The translations under genes and the position numbers were made by a program. A DNA stretch of 64,000 bases from an uncultured Acidobacteriota bacterium (lineage in GTDB: Bacteria; Acidobacteriota; UBA6911). Below the pieces are notes generated by a model. It worked only from the letters and a program-made list of their open reading frames with translations, made no database searches and was not told the DNA's origin. Of this stretch, positions 21,115 through 30,856 are shown one piece after another (the stretch's first letter is position 1; every line of letters begins with the position of its first letter). Location of the stretch: assembly GCA_963809485.1 (NCBI GenBank), contig CAWEJX010000007.1, forward strand, positions 256,001 through 320,000, given 5' to 3'.

Positions 21115-22831
21115 ACTTGAAGCTCTAAAATCCAAGAAGCTCATCGGCCAGGTCTTCCTGGAACGCGGCCTGATCGATGAGGAGGAATTGAGGACCGCCC
21201 TGAACCTGCAGGCGGATTCGCGCGAAAAATTAGGCAAACTTCTGGTGGATCTCGGATATGTCTCCGAAAGAGACTGCCTCGCCATCGTATCCGAGCATCT
21301 CGGGATCCCGGCGATGTCCGCAGCCGACTATCCGCCGGTACCGGTGATCGAAAACCTGCTCACGTTTCGTTTCATGAAACAGTGCAAATTCGTGCCGATC
21401 GCCCTCGAAAACAACGTGCTGACGCTGGCGATGACGGATCCTCTGGACAACGCCACGCTGGATGCGGTCCGACAGTCGACCGGCTACCAGGTAAGGGGCA
21501 TCCTGGGCGCCGAAAGCGAGATCATGGATATTCTTGAAAAATTCTATGGTTCCGCAGCCAGCACCCTTGGAAGGATCATCGAGGGCATCGATGACGGAAA
21601 TATCGAGAACCTCCCGGATGAGATCGAGGATATCGAGCAATTAAAGGACCTCGCGTCCGAAGCCCCCGTGATACGTCTTGTCAATCTCCTGATATCCAAG
21701 GCGATCGAAAATCGCGCGAGCGACATCCACATCGAACCGTTTGAAAAGGACCTGAAGGTGCGCTACCGGATCGACGGTATCCTTCACGACGTCGAGTCGC
21801 CACCCAAAAAGCTGAAAGCGGCTCTGATAAGCCGCGTGAAAATCATGTCCAAGCTGAATATCGCGGAGCGCCGGCTTCCCCAGGACGGAAGGATCAAGCT
21901 GAAGGTCCTGGGAAAGGACATCGACCTGCGTGTTTCGACCTTGCCGACCCTTTACGGGGAGAGCGTGGTCATGCGAATTCTGGACAAGAGCAATACCAGT
22001 CTTTACGATATACGCCGCCTCGGCTTCCCCGAAGACTCACTCAAGGAATTCGAGTCGCTCATACGCCGCCCTCACGGGATTTTTCTGGTCACCGGCCCCA
22101 CGGGCAGCGGCAAAACCACCACGCTGTACAGCGCCCTGAGCACGATCAATCTGCCGGACAAGAAAATCATCACTATCGAAGATCCTATCGAGTACCAGAT
22201 CGACGGAGTGAACCAGATTCACGTGAACGCGCAGATCGGGTTGACGTTTGCGGCCGGCCTGCGGCACATAGTGCGGCAGGATCCCGACGTCATCATGATC
22301 GGGGAAATCCGCGATCTGGAAACGGCCGAGATAGCCATTCGGGCAGCGCTGACCGGGCACCTGGTGTTTTCCACGCTGCACACCAACGACGCTCCGAGCG
22401 CCATAACCCGTCTGGTGGATATGGGAGCGGAGGATTATCTCATCGCCTCTTCCCTGCTGGGGGTGCTGGCGCAGCGCCTGGTCCGGGTTATCTGTCCTGA
22501 CTGCAGGACGGAAGTTCACCCTGTTCCTGAAATGCTGGATGAGATCGGGTTCAGACGCGGCGACCCGAGAAGCGGTCCAGACCGCTTCTATGAAGGGCGC
22601 GGGTGCGAAAGATGCAGCAACACGGGATTTGTCGGCAGAGTCGGCATTTATGAGCTGATGCCGATCAATGACGATATCCGCAAGCTGACCGTGGCCAAAG
22701 CGGATTCGAACCAGATCCTGAAGAAAGCGATCGAAAACGGAATGCGGTCACTCAGGGATGACGGCTGGCTCAAGGTTCGCAAGGGGATCACGAGCATTGC
22801 CGAAGTTCTGCGCGTGACCCAGGAATCCTGA
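21104..22831 (+). CDS. gspE: T2SS ATPase GspE with MshEN-like N-terminus
   Basis: ASDIHIEP, GPTGSGKTTT, RQDPDVIMIGEIRD, CxxC...CxxC. Confidence 0.95.
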   Translation: MSIRLEALKSKKLIGQVFLERGLIDEEELRTALNLQADSREKLGKLLVDLGYVSERDCLAIVSEHLGIPAMSAADYPPVPVIENLLTFRFMKQCKFVPIALENNVLTLAMTDPLDNATLDAVRQSTGYQVRGILGAESEIMDILEKFYGSAASTLGRIIEGIDDGNIENLPDEIEDIEQLKDLASEAPVIRLVNLLISKAIENRASDIHIEPFEKDLKVRYRIDGILHDVESPPKKLKAALISRVKIMSKLNIAERRLPQDGRIKLKVLGKDIDLRVSTLPTLYGESVVMRILDKSNTSLYDIRRLGFPEDSLKEFESLIRRPHGIFLVTGPTGSGKTTTLYSALSTINLPDKKIITIEDPIEYQIDGVNQIHVNAQIGLTFAAGLRHIVRQDPDVIMIGEIRDLETAEIAIRAALTGHLVFSTLHTNDAPSAITRLVDMGAEDYLIASSLLGVLAQRLVRVICPDCRTEVHPVPEMLDEIGFRRGDPRSGPDRFYEGRGCERCSNTGFVGRVGIYELMPINDDIRKLTVAKADSNQILKKAIENGMRSLRDDGWLKVRKGITSIAEVLRVTQES

Positions 22832-22918
22832 TGCCTGTTGGTGAAAAACTGTCGCAAATGATGCAAATCTCACAGAAAATCGGCCTTGATATAGGGTAAT
22901 CTGTGGCTTTTTCCGCAG

Positions 22919-24145
22919 GTGGTTATGCCGGCGTACACCTATAAAGCGAGCACCATGGAGGGAAAGATCGTTGAGGGCGTTATGGAGGCCCAGGACGACG
23001 GAACCGTTTCCCTGAAGCTCCAGGAAATGGGACTGCTCCCGGTCCGTATCGACTCGACCGGTCGCCAAACCCTTCTGAACCGGGAAATCGAGTGGCCGTG
23101 GAAACGCAAAAAGATCAAGCACAAGGACCTTCTGGTTTTCACCCATGAGCTGCACACGCTCGTCCGGTCCGGCTTCCCCCTGGACCGCAGCCTTGCGATT
23201 CTGGGCCAGCTTGCCGAAAGCCCGGCCATGGCCGCGGTGATCCAGGATGTGCTGAAAGAAGTCAAAGGAGGCAAATCTTTTTCCGAGGCTTTGGGAAAAT
23301 ACCCGGCGGTTTTTCCCAAGGTATATGTGAACATGGTGAAAGCGGGCGAGGCCGGAGGAGCGCTGGAGGAGATACTCGCGCGCCTGGCTTCCTATTTGGA
23401 AACCAGCGACGAACTGCGGTCTTACATCCTCGGAGCCATGATTTATCCCGTGCTGCTGTCCGTCGTCGGCATCGTGAGCGTCACCATCCTGACGCTCTTT
23501 GTGGTTCCCAGGTTTGCCTCAATTTTTCAGGACATGGGAGTGCCGCTGCCCTTGCCCATGGCGATCCTTAAGGGCTTGAGTTCCTTCCTCTCCGGGTATT
23601 GGTGGCTTGTCCTTGTCGCGCTGATCCTTGCGGGCTACTACTTTAAACGCTTCAGGGAGAGCGAGCAGGGGCGTCTGAAACTGGACCGGTGGCTGCTTCG
23701 CATCCCTCTCGTCGGGGCCGTGCTGCGAAAGGTCGAGGTGGCGCGTTTTTCGCGGTCCCTGGGGACTCTGCTGCACGGCGGAGTGCCGCTTCTTCAGGCC
23801 ATGACGATCGTGCGCGAGATTATCGGCAACCAGAGCATCGCCATGGCTGTCGAGCCCATCCGCAATGGCATTAAGAAGGGGGAAGGGATCGCGCAGCCGA
23901 TGAAGCAAAGCGCGGTTTTCCCGCCCCTGGCAATGCATCTGATCGAGGTGGGAGAGGAATCCGGGAAACTCGACAGCATGCTGATCCAGGTCGGGGAAGT
24001 CTATGATGTCGAAGTTCGCAACAGCATCAAAAACCTGATCGCGTTTTTCGAGCCGGCGCTCATCCTGCTTATGGGCATCATTATCGGAACCATCGTGGTT
24101 TCCATGCTCATGGCAATATTCAGCATCAACGATATACCGCTATAA
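22919..24145 (+). CDS. gspF: T2SS platform protein GspF
   Basis: AGEAGG, AMIYP, VGEESG, EPALI. Confidence 0.93.
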   Translation: MVMPAYTYKASTMEGKIVEGVMEAQDDGTVSLKLQEMGLLPVRIDSTGRQTLLNREIEWPWKRKKIKHKDLLVFTHELHTLVRSGFPLDRSLAILGQLAESPAMAAVIQDVLKEVKGGKSFSEALGKYPAVFPKVYVNMVKAGEAGGALEEILARLASYLETSDELRSYILGAMIYPVLLSVVGIVSVTILTLFVVPRFASIFQDMGVPLPLPMAILKGLSSFLSGYWWLVLVALILAGYYFKRFRESEQGRLKLDRWLLRIPLVGAVLRKVEVARFSRSLGTLLHGGVPLLQAMTIVREIIGNQSIAMAVEPIRNGIKKGEGIAQPMKQSAVFPPLAMHLIEVGEESGKLDSMLIQVGEVYDVEVRNSIKNLIAFFEPALILLMGIIIGTIVVSMLMAIFSINDIPL

Positions 24146-24196
24146 GAATTGACGATTTTCGGTTGACGGTCGCAGCTTCCGGATTGGGAGGTAAAT

Positions 24197-24619
24197 ATGC
24201 ATGGAGACTTTGATGAGCGCAGGTCCGAGAGAGGATTTTCACTCATAGAGCTGATTGTCGTGCTGGTGATTCTCGGCCTGCTGGCGGCGGTCGTGGCGCC
24301 CAACGTGTACCAGAAGCTCGCAAAGGGCAAGGACCAGATTGCAAAGATTCAGATCAAGGAACTTGAGGGCGCCTTGCAGCTGTATTCGTTTGATATGGGC
24401 CGTTACCCGGATTCGGGCGAGGGATTGGAAGCTTTGATACGGAATCCCGGGAGCGTGGATTCCTGGAAGGGGCCTTACCTGGCAAAGGAGCTGCCCAAAG
24501 ATCCCTGGGGAAGGCTTTACATGTATCGAAGCCCCGGGACGCATGGAGATTTTGATCTGTTTTCCTTGGGAGCGGACGGCGCCGAAGGCGGCGAGGATGA
24601 TATCTGCAGCTGGAAGTGA
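24197..24619 (+). CDS. gspG: Major pseudopilin GspG
   Basis: G|FSLIELIVV, WKGPYL, KDPWG, SLGADG. Confidence 0.96.
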   Translation: MHGDFDERRSERGFSLIELIVVLVILGLLAAVVAPNVYQKLAKGKDQIAKIQIKELEGALQLYSFDMGRYPDSGEGLEALIRNPGSVDSWKGPYLAKELPKDPWGRLYMYRSPGTHGDFDLFSLGADGAEGGEDDICSWK

Positions 24620-24620
24620 C

Positions 24621-25103
24621 ATGAAACCTGCGCGAAACCAGGGATTTACCCTTTTGGAACTGATGATGGTCGTGCTGGTGATCGCGCTGGTGCTGGCTGT
24701 TTCCTATCCATCGCTCTCGCGAGGCTCGACAGCCCTTCATCTGCGGGCCACCGGGCGCGACGTTCTGAATGCCTTCCGGTATGCCCGGGAGAAAGCGGTC
24801 ACCGAACAGACCGGAATGAGGGTCACGGTGGATCCACAGAAACAGGAACTGGTTTTGACCAATGACCTTGGCGAGGGAAGCCGTAAATACGTGCCCCCTC
24901 ATGACGTAAGGTTCCAGCGAATTGCCCTGGGAGGAAGCGAGATTGTGGACCGCTCGATGGTGGTGCGTTTTCTTCCCAACGGCAGTTCGGATCACGCAGA
25001 GATACTTTTGAGATCGGACACAGGCTCTCTTCTCAGGGTCATTACCGATCCCATAACCGGAGGCGCCCGCATCGAATCCGGTTCCGGAGAAAATCGGCCG
25101 TGA
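24621..25103 (+). CDS. gspH: Minor pseudopilin GspH
   Basis: G|FTLLELMMV; FLPNGSS; gene order. Confidence 0.85.
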   Translation: MKPARNQGFTLLELMMVVLVIALVLAVSYPSLSRGSTALHLRATGRDVLNAFRYAREKAVTEQTGMRVTVDPQKQELVLTNDLGEGSRKYVPPHDVRFQRIALGGSEIVDRSMVVRFLPNGSSDHAEILLRSDTGSLLRVITDPITGGARIESGSGENRP

Positions 25104-25597
25104 ATTGCTCAAGCAGGCGAAAAGGCCGCGAATTTCACAAAGCGGTCCGAGGCGGATCGGGGCATCCGGGCAGTGCCGGCTTTACGCTGCTCGAGGTGCT
25201 GGTGGCTCTGACAGTGCTGGCGGTAGGCGCGGCACTTACGATGTCCCTGATTTCCGGATCGCTGGGCAACATCCGGAAGGTGCAGTTGCGGACACGCACC
25301 GTCGAGCATGCACAGTCGGTCATGGAACTTGCCCTGCTCGACGACTCCATTCAGCAGCCTACCGCGTTCACAGGCGATTTCGAGGATGGGACCCGGTGGT
25401 CCGTCCGCGTCGAGGATTATTTTTTGCCGGAGGCTCTGCAAATACCGGAACAGGCGCTTCAGAATATGCCGGTCAAGCTCCTCCACTATACCGTCGAAAT
25501 GATCGGTCCGGATTCCATGGCGCCCGATTATCGATTGCAGACCTTGAAGCTGGTGCGCGTGCAGTCGGAAAATCAACCTGCGAGGTTGCCGCAATGA
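25100..25597 (+). CDS. gspI: Minor pseudopilin GspI
   Basis: G|FTLLEVLVAL; gene order. Confidence 0.85.
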   Translation: MNCSSRRKGREFHKAVRGGSGHPGSAGFTLLEVLVALTVLAVGAALTMSLISGSLGNIRKVQLRTRTVEHAQSVMELALLDDSIQQPTAFTGDFEDGTRWSVRVEDYFLPEALQIPEQALQNMPVKLLHYTVEMIGPDSMAPDYRLQTLKLVRVQSENQPARLPQ

Positions 25598-26337
25598 TCC
25601 TCTCAAACAAGCGTTCAGGAAAATCCGAGGGAGGATTCACGCTGCTGGAAATGCTCATTGCGGTGACTCTTGTCGCCCTGATGGCCGTCGGCCTCTGGGC
25701 CGTATTCACCATAAGCGTCCGCTCCTGGTCCCGAGGCACCCAATTCATCGATGCCAATCAGCGGCACCGGAGCATTCTGGACATGGTTCGAAAACAGCTG
25801 GCCTCAGCCTACGGCCTGTATGGCGAAGCTGAGCAGGAGGAAACCGAACAGGGATCCGCGTCGACCCCGGTGTTGATTTTCAGCGGTGCGCAGGACTCTC
25901 TACGCTTTATCAGTCTGAATTCCCTGCAATTTCAGGAGAGCCCGGGCCTGACTCTTGTTTCCTACGAGGTTGCCCGCGATCTCCAGGGCGACTACGCCCT
26001 GGTCGAGAAGGAAGCGCGCTATCTGGGACAGGCCCCCGGTGAGGAAATCGCCGTCATTCAGAACAGGGCGATTCCCATCTTTGAAAACCTGTCCAGCTGC
26101 ATCTTCGAGTATTTCGATCCGGGCAGCGGCGACAATCCTCCCAGGTGGGTCAGGGAGTGGAATGCGCAGGATATGGGACAGTTGCCCCTGGCCGTTTCGA
26201 TGACTATGATATCCAGGGGCCGTGACGGCAAATCATTGAGCCGGCACATAGTCGTGCCTATCCAGGCAAAGGTCAGCAATTACCGCAGGAATGTCACGAA
26301 TCCATTCGGCGGCAGAAGAGGGGGAGTAATGCAGTAG
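25594..26337 (+). CDS. gspJ: Minor pseudopilin GspJ
   Basis: G|FTLLEMLIAV; ATGA overlap with gspI; WVREW...LPLAV. Confidence 0.85.
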   Translation: MILSNKRSGKSEGGFTLLEMLIAVTLVALMAVGLWAVFTISVRSWSRGTQFIDANQRHRSILDMVRKQLASAYGLYGEAEQEETEQGSASTPVLIFSGAQDSLRFISLNSLQFQESPGLTLVSYEVARDLQGDYALVEKEARYLGQAPGEEIAVIQNRAIPIFENLSSCIFEYFDPGSGDNPPRWVREWNAQDMGQLPLAVSMTMISRGRDGKSLSRHIVVPIQAKVSNYRRNVTNPFGGRRGGVMQ

Positions 26338-26338
26338 T

Positions 26339-26640
26339 TAGTTTCTATCGCGGAACTCGGTTTTTGCGAGGATACCGGATTCTATAGCAGTCGACAGGAT
26401 ATTTGATATTACATGGAAGCCGGAAATTGGAGCCAGGCCGCGTAGCGGCCAGTTGAATTTAGCCGGGCCTTTTAAGGCCTGGATCTGAAGGAGTTAGGAT
26501 TTCCGTCGCGTAGCGACGGTTGAATCTCAGGAGTCGCTACGCGACGCGCTGTTCCAAATACCATGAGTCCCGGCCTTAAAAGGCCGGGCTAAAGTCATAG
26601 TGCCGCTACGCGGCACAAATCAGTTTCGCCACAGAAACCA
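26339..26640 (+). mobile_element. 302-bp MITE/REPIN-like element, copy 1
   Basis: Imperfect terminal IRs TAGTTTCTATCGCGGAACT / AGTTTCGCCACAGAAACCA; internal GTAG-containing palindromes; homologous to 43515-43740 and 57143-57706. Confidence 0.8.
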
Positions 26641-26668
26641 GTTAGTGGTTAATTGTTGGCGAGGGGCG

Positions 26669-27694
26669 ATGAAGGGTAATTTGAGCGAGAGGCCGGGGAA
26701 GCAGGAGGAGCGGGGAGTGATATTGATTGCGCTGCTGTGGATCCTGACTGCATTGTCCGTCATTGCGTTGAGCTTTTCGAGGGAGAGTTTTGTGGAAGTG
26801 GCCGCAGCCCGGAATGCGCAATCGATGGAAGACTCCTATTTCGTGGCGCGAGCCGGAATCGCAACAACCATATACCGGCTGGTGCAAAAGAGGTTTTACC
26901 CGGTTTCTCAGGGCGTGCAGCTTCAGGACACGACCGATGCGATGGACTTGGGAGTTGTGACCGGTCAGCTTGGCGGAGGGGTCTACAGGATCGATATCCA
27001 GGACGAATCGGGTAAAATAAACCTGAATACGGTCCAGGAAGAACAGATGCGCGCCCTGGCTACGGCTTCGGGAATCGATGAGAACGATGCGGGCATTATT
27101 GCCGATTCAATCCTGGACTGGCGCGACACCGATAAACTGCACCGGATCAACGGGGCCGAGGATGACTATTACGAAACACTGGATCCTCCCTACAAGGCCA
27201 GGAACGGAAGGTTTGAAACTGTTGAGGAGTTGCTTCTCGTGAGGGGAGTACGCACGGAATATTTTTACGGCTATCCCGTGAGGCTTCCTGACGGCTCGAT
27301 CGGGTATAAATATGGGCTTTCCCGCTATTGTACGGTTTACTCGCCGAGAAGCCAGGTTAACGTCAACTTTGCGCCTCTGCCGGTCCTTCAGTCTGTGCCC
27401 GGCATGTCTCCGGATGCCGCTCAAGCGATTTATGCCCGGAGGCTGGTCAAGCCGTTCAAGACAATCGAGGAAATAACGCGTGAGCTTTCGGTGAACATAG
27501 CCACGAATTCGCGGCCATTTCTCTCCACGGACCAGACGGGCATCTACACTCTCACGGCTTCCGCGCATTCGCAGCGTTCCAAGGCGCGGCGCGTCCTGCG
27601 CACGGTGATTGCCCTCGACCGCTCGGAGAAAACGCAATATCGGACCCTTTATTGGAACGAAAATGTTCCCGATTATGAAGGCGTAAAACCATGA
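26669..27694 (+). CDS. gspK: Minor pseudopilin GspK
   Basis: G|VILIALLWIL without E5, DESGKINLN, ILDWRD, EELLLVRG. Confidence 0.93.
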   Translation: MKGNLSERPGKQEERGVILIALLWILTALSVIALSFSRESFVEVAAARNAQSMEDSYFVARAGIATTIYRLVQKRFYPVSQGVQLQDTTDAMDLGVVTGQLGGGVYRIDIQDESGKINLNTVQEEQMRALATASGIDENDAGIIADSILDWRDTDKLHRINGAEDDYYETLDPPYKARNGRFETVEELLLVRGVRTEYFYGYPVRLPDGSIGYKYGLSRYCTVYSPRSQVNVNFAPLPVLQSVPGMSPDAAQAIYARRLVKPFKTIEEITRELSVNIATNSRPFLSTDQTGIYTLTASAHSQRSKARRVLRTVIALDRSEKTQYRTLYWNENVPDYEGVKP

Positions 27695-29088
27695 TTTACC
27701 TCAAAACCGGAATCGGGATCGAGCTGCGGGGCGAGGATATGCTGATCTCCGCCCTTCAAAGCAATTTCGCCGGCGAAGTGTTCACGCATTTCAAGCGCAT
27801 TGCGGAATACCGCCAGCGCGACAAGGAAGGACTGCGGAGAGAAATCGCTTTCTTTTTCAAGTCAAAGGGGCTCAGCAAAGAAAACATCGTGCTGGGGATT
27901 CCCCGCAGCGACATCGTGATGCGCCACCTGGATCTGCCCGCAGAAGTCGCGGATAACCTCAAACAGGTTATCCAGTATCAGGTGCAGTCGTTCGAGCCTA
28001 CCGAAGAGGAGCGGTCCTACTACGACTATACCGTGCTCGAGGGGACCGGCAGCAAAAAGAGGCTCTCCGTCCTGCTTGCCATGGTGAAGAAATCCCTTCT
28101 CGACGAGCATCTTCAGCTTCTGCTCGTTCTCGGGATCAAGCCCGTCGCGGTGATCGGAAGCTCCATGGCGCTTTCGAACCTGTTTTCCAGGAAGCAAAAG
28201 GACCTGCGCAACAAAATATACTTTCTTGCGGACCTGACTCCAACTTCCCTCGAGCTCCTGGCTTTGCGGGATGGGGCGTATGTTTACTCCCGCGGGGTTT
28301 CCAAGGAAATCGGCCAGAGCTGGAGCGATCTGATACTGCGCGAAGTTAACGAGGCGGCATCCAAAATCAGGCTTGGGCCCGAGGATGCCCTGGAAAAGAT
28401 CGTTCTCGCCGGGGAAGCTTCGGAAACGGCGCTGGGAGAACTGGAAGCCGACGTGCCCGCCTGCGAGCTTCTGAAAAACTCGGTCAAATTCGAGGCGCCC
28501 GGAGACAATGCGCTTCATTTCCAGGAGGCGGCCTGCTCGCTGGGATTGGCCTACGCCGGAATAGCGCGCGGGCTTCCTGTCAGGATGAACTTCCTGCCCG
28601 ATGAGCTGCGCCGGCGTCAGACACGCTGGGCTTATGTGCCGGCTTTTATTCTGGGCCTGATCATCGTGGCCCTGTTGGCGGCCCTTGGTTTTCACCGCAT
28701 GATCCAGAACCGGGCCCTGATCCAAAGGCTCGATCAGGAAATTTTGTCCTTGAAGGCGCCGGTGGAAAGGGTTCAATCGCTCCAAAGACGCTCGGATGCC
28801 ACGGAAACCAGGATCCGGGCCATCGAGGAAGTTTTCCGAAAGAAAGATATGAACCTGGAGGTTTTGAGGGAGCTGACCTCGATACTTCCTGCCGATACTT
28901 TTTTGAGCACCTACACCTATCGGGACGGAATCATACAAATGGCCGGTTCCAGCGGTTCCGCTCCCGACCTGATCTCGAAGCTTGAAAAATCTCCGCTGCT
29001 GAAAGATGTCACTCAAAAGGGCCAGATTTTCAGAGACGCGCAGACGGGGAAGGAACGGTTCAATTTTGAGGCAAAACTGGAGAGATAA
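27691..29088 (+). CDS. gspL: GspL / PilM-PilN-like assembly protein
   Basis: Actin-like cytoplasmic region, NFLP, TM helix, coiled coil, ferredoxin-like end; gene order. Confidence 0.8.
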   Translation: MIYLKTGIGIELRGEDMLISALQSNFAGEVFTHFKRIAEYRQRDKEGLRREIAFFFKSKGLSKENIVLGIPRSDIVMRHLDLPAEVADNLKQVIQYQVQSFEPTEEERSYYDYTVLEGTGSKKRLSVLLAMVKKSLLDEHLQLLLVLGIKPVAVIGSSMALSNLFSRKQKDLRNKIYFLADLTPTSLELLALRDGAYVYSRGVSKEIGQSWSDLILREVNEAASKIRLGPEDALEKIVLAGEASETALGELEADVPACELLKNSVKFEAPGDNALHFQEAACSLGLAYAGIARGLPVRMNFLPDELRRRQTRWAYVPAFILGLIIVALLAALGFHRMIQNRALIQRLDQEILSLKAPVERVQSLQRRSDATETRIRAIEEVFRKKDMNLEVLRELTSILPADTFLSTYTYRDGIIQMAGSSGSAPDLISKLEKSPLLKDVTQKGQIFRDAQTGKERFNFEAKLER

Positions 29089-29091
29089 GCC

Positions 29092-29679
29092 GTGAAGGTT
29101 ACGCCAAGAGAAAAAAAGGTCATTGCCCTGGCTGCCGTTATCGCCGCCGTCGTAATGGTTTATTTTGCCGTCGACAAGCTGCTTCCGGACGGTGAAGATC
29201 TCTCTCAGACCGTGGAACTCAAGAAGAAAATGCTTCTCAAGCAGCGGGAGACCCTTGGCCGTGAAGAAACCTACAAACAGCGCCTGGAGCAGTACGCGGA
29301 GCACCTCCGGCAGGATCTGACCAAGCTGTTGCCCGGCGACAGCCCGAATGTGGCGAGCGCCGAACTTCAGAAGATACTCAAGGAGTTTGCGGATCAGAGC
29401 TCTGTGGAAATAACCCAGCGGAACACCCTGCCGGCCAAAAAGGCCGAGAACGGTATCCAGCGCGTTTCCGTGCGCATTGAGACAAATTGCACGCCCGAAG
29501 AACTGGTGCAGTTCCTGGCTGCGGTCGAAAATTACGAAAAATTTCTGACGATCGACGAATTCACGATCACGGGCTTCAGGAACCAGCGAAGATATGACAT
29601 ACGGCCCAGCCTGACGATTTCGGGTTACATCCACGCGGAGGAGAAGGAACCCGAAAAGAAGGCGGAAACCGGAGCCTAG
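29092..29679 (+). CDS. gspM: GspM/PilO-like protein
   Basis: TPREK-TM-coiled coil; gene order. Confidence 0.8.
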   Translation: MKVTPREKKVIALAAVIAAVVMVYFAVDKLLPDGEDLSQTVELKKKMLLKQRETLGREETYKQRLEQYAEHLRQDLTKLLPGDSPNVASAELQKILKEFADQSSVEITQRNTLPAKKAENGIQRVSVRIETNCTPEELVQFLAAVENYEKFLTIDEFTITGFRNQRRYDIRPSLTISGYIHAEEKEPEKKAETGA

Positions 29680-29748
29680 CGGAGGCAGCCGGAAGGCCGC
29701 CCTGATTGTAACGCTCGAACACGGAGTTGCCTTAAGGAAGAGGCTGAC

Positions 29749-30618
29749 ATGAGCAAAAAATGGATCGCCATCAACCTGCTGCTGCTTGCAGTCGCGGGAG
29801 CGCTTGCACGGCAGCTTTATGTTTCGGTGCTGCGATTCAATGCGGAAAATAATCTGGCGAAAATACAGCCTGTCCGGGACATGAAGCAGAAGATGACCCA
29901 GGAAAGGCCGCTGCCCAAAATAGCGCCGGCCAAAAAGTATGCCGCAGCGGATTTTGCCGTCATCCCGGAAAAGAACATTTTCGCGGAATCCCGAAGCAAG
30001 GAAGACAAGGTGGAGGAAACCGCTCCTCCGGAACCCCCGCCGCTGGCGCAAAAGCCCATTCTGGTTGGGATCACCATATCCGGCACCCAGCGAATGGCCG
30101 CCATCATCGAGCCGGCAGGCTCGCAGCAAAATCAGAACCGCCGGGCCCAGAACAAACGCATCGGGGACGTTTATCATGGGTACACGATTACGGACATAAC
30201 TTCGGACCGTATCGTGCTCGAAAGCGGCACGCGGAAGGAAATCATTCCTCTTCACGAAGGCTCCAAGCGGAGCCGTGGGGGAAAAACTTCGGTGGTCGCG
30301 ACTCGTGTGGTCTCCATCGGCACAGGAGGAGGAGGCGGCGGGAGCATCCCGGTCTATGTTGTTTCGGAAACCGCCGGCGCAGCAAAGCCGACTGCAGCGC
30401 CCGGAGCGCCGCCGGTGCCTCCCGGCGCAGGCCAACAGGCAGGCAGACTGCCTGCCGGAACAACCGCCCGGCCGGCAGCGGCAGTTGCCCCTCAGCAGCC
30501 GGCAACGCCTGCGCAGCAACGGCCCGCGCAGACGCCCGGGACAGAAGGAACCGATACGCAAAGAGGCCGGGTCATACGGACCCCCTTCGGCAACATTGTC
30601 CGTCCCGACCGGAATTAG
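29749..30618 (+). CDS. GspC-like protein
   Basis: TM, NIF motif, LVGI...AAII...IGD...ITDI...DRIVL HR domain, Pro/Ala-rich tail. Confidence 0.7.
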   Translation: MSKKWIAINLLLLAVAGALARQLYVSVLRFNAENNLAKIQPVRDMKQKMTQERPLPKIAPAKKYAAADFAVIPEKNIFAESRSKEDKVEETAPPEPPPLAQKPILVGITISGTQRMAAIIEPAGSQQNQNRRAQNKRIGDVYHGYTITDITSDRIVLESGTRKEIIPLHEGSKRSRGGKTSVVATRVVSIGTGGGGGGSIPVYVVSETAGAAKPTAAPGAPPVPPGAGQQAGRLPAGTTARPAAAVAPQQPATPAQQRPAQTPGTEGTDTQRGRVIRTPFGNIVRPDRN

Positions 30619-30856
30619 CTATGGATATTTTAGATCTGAAGCATAAGGGAGTTTCCGTAGGGCATTGCAGGACGCAGCCGGGATTTCACCAGGATAAAAC
30701 CGGCTGGGAACCCGTTCCCGATGGCAAGTCCGGGACAGTATGGGTTTCAGGATAGGAATGCTGGCATTGCACCGGCGCCGGATGCGTTCAGGTCCGACGG
30801 GAAGGCGTTGTCAGGATATTGGGTGTTTGCAGCGACTCTCCAAGAGAGGAAGCGTT

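Noticed and set aside
25105-25593. Long N-terminal extension of the 410-aa ORF
   Set aside because: Overlaps gspI; the prepilin motif and ATGA coupling place the gspJ start at 25594.
27862-30561. 899-aa minus-strand ORF
   Set aside because: Antisense shadow of gspL/M/C in GC-rich DNA; no recognisable motifs.
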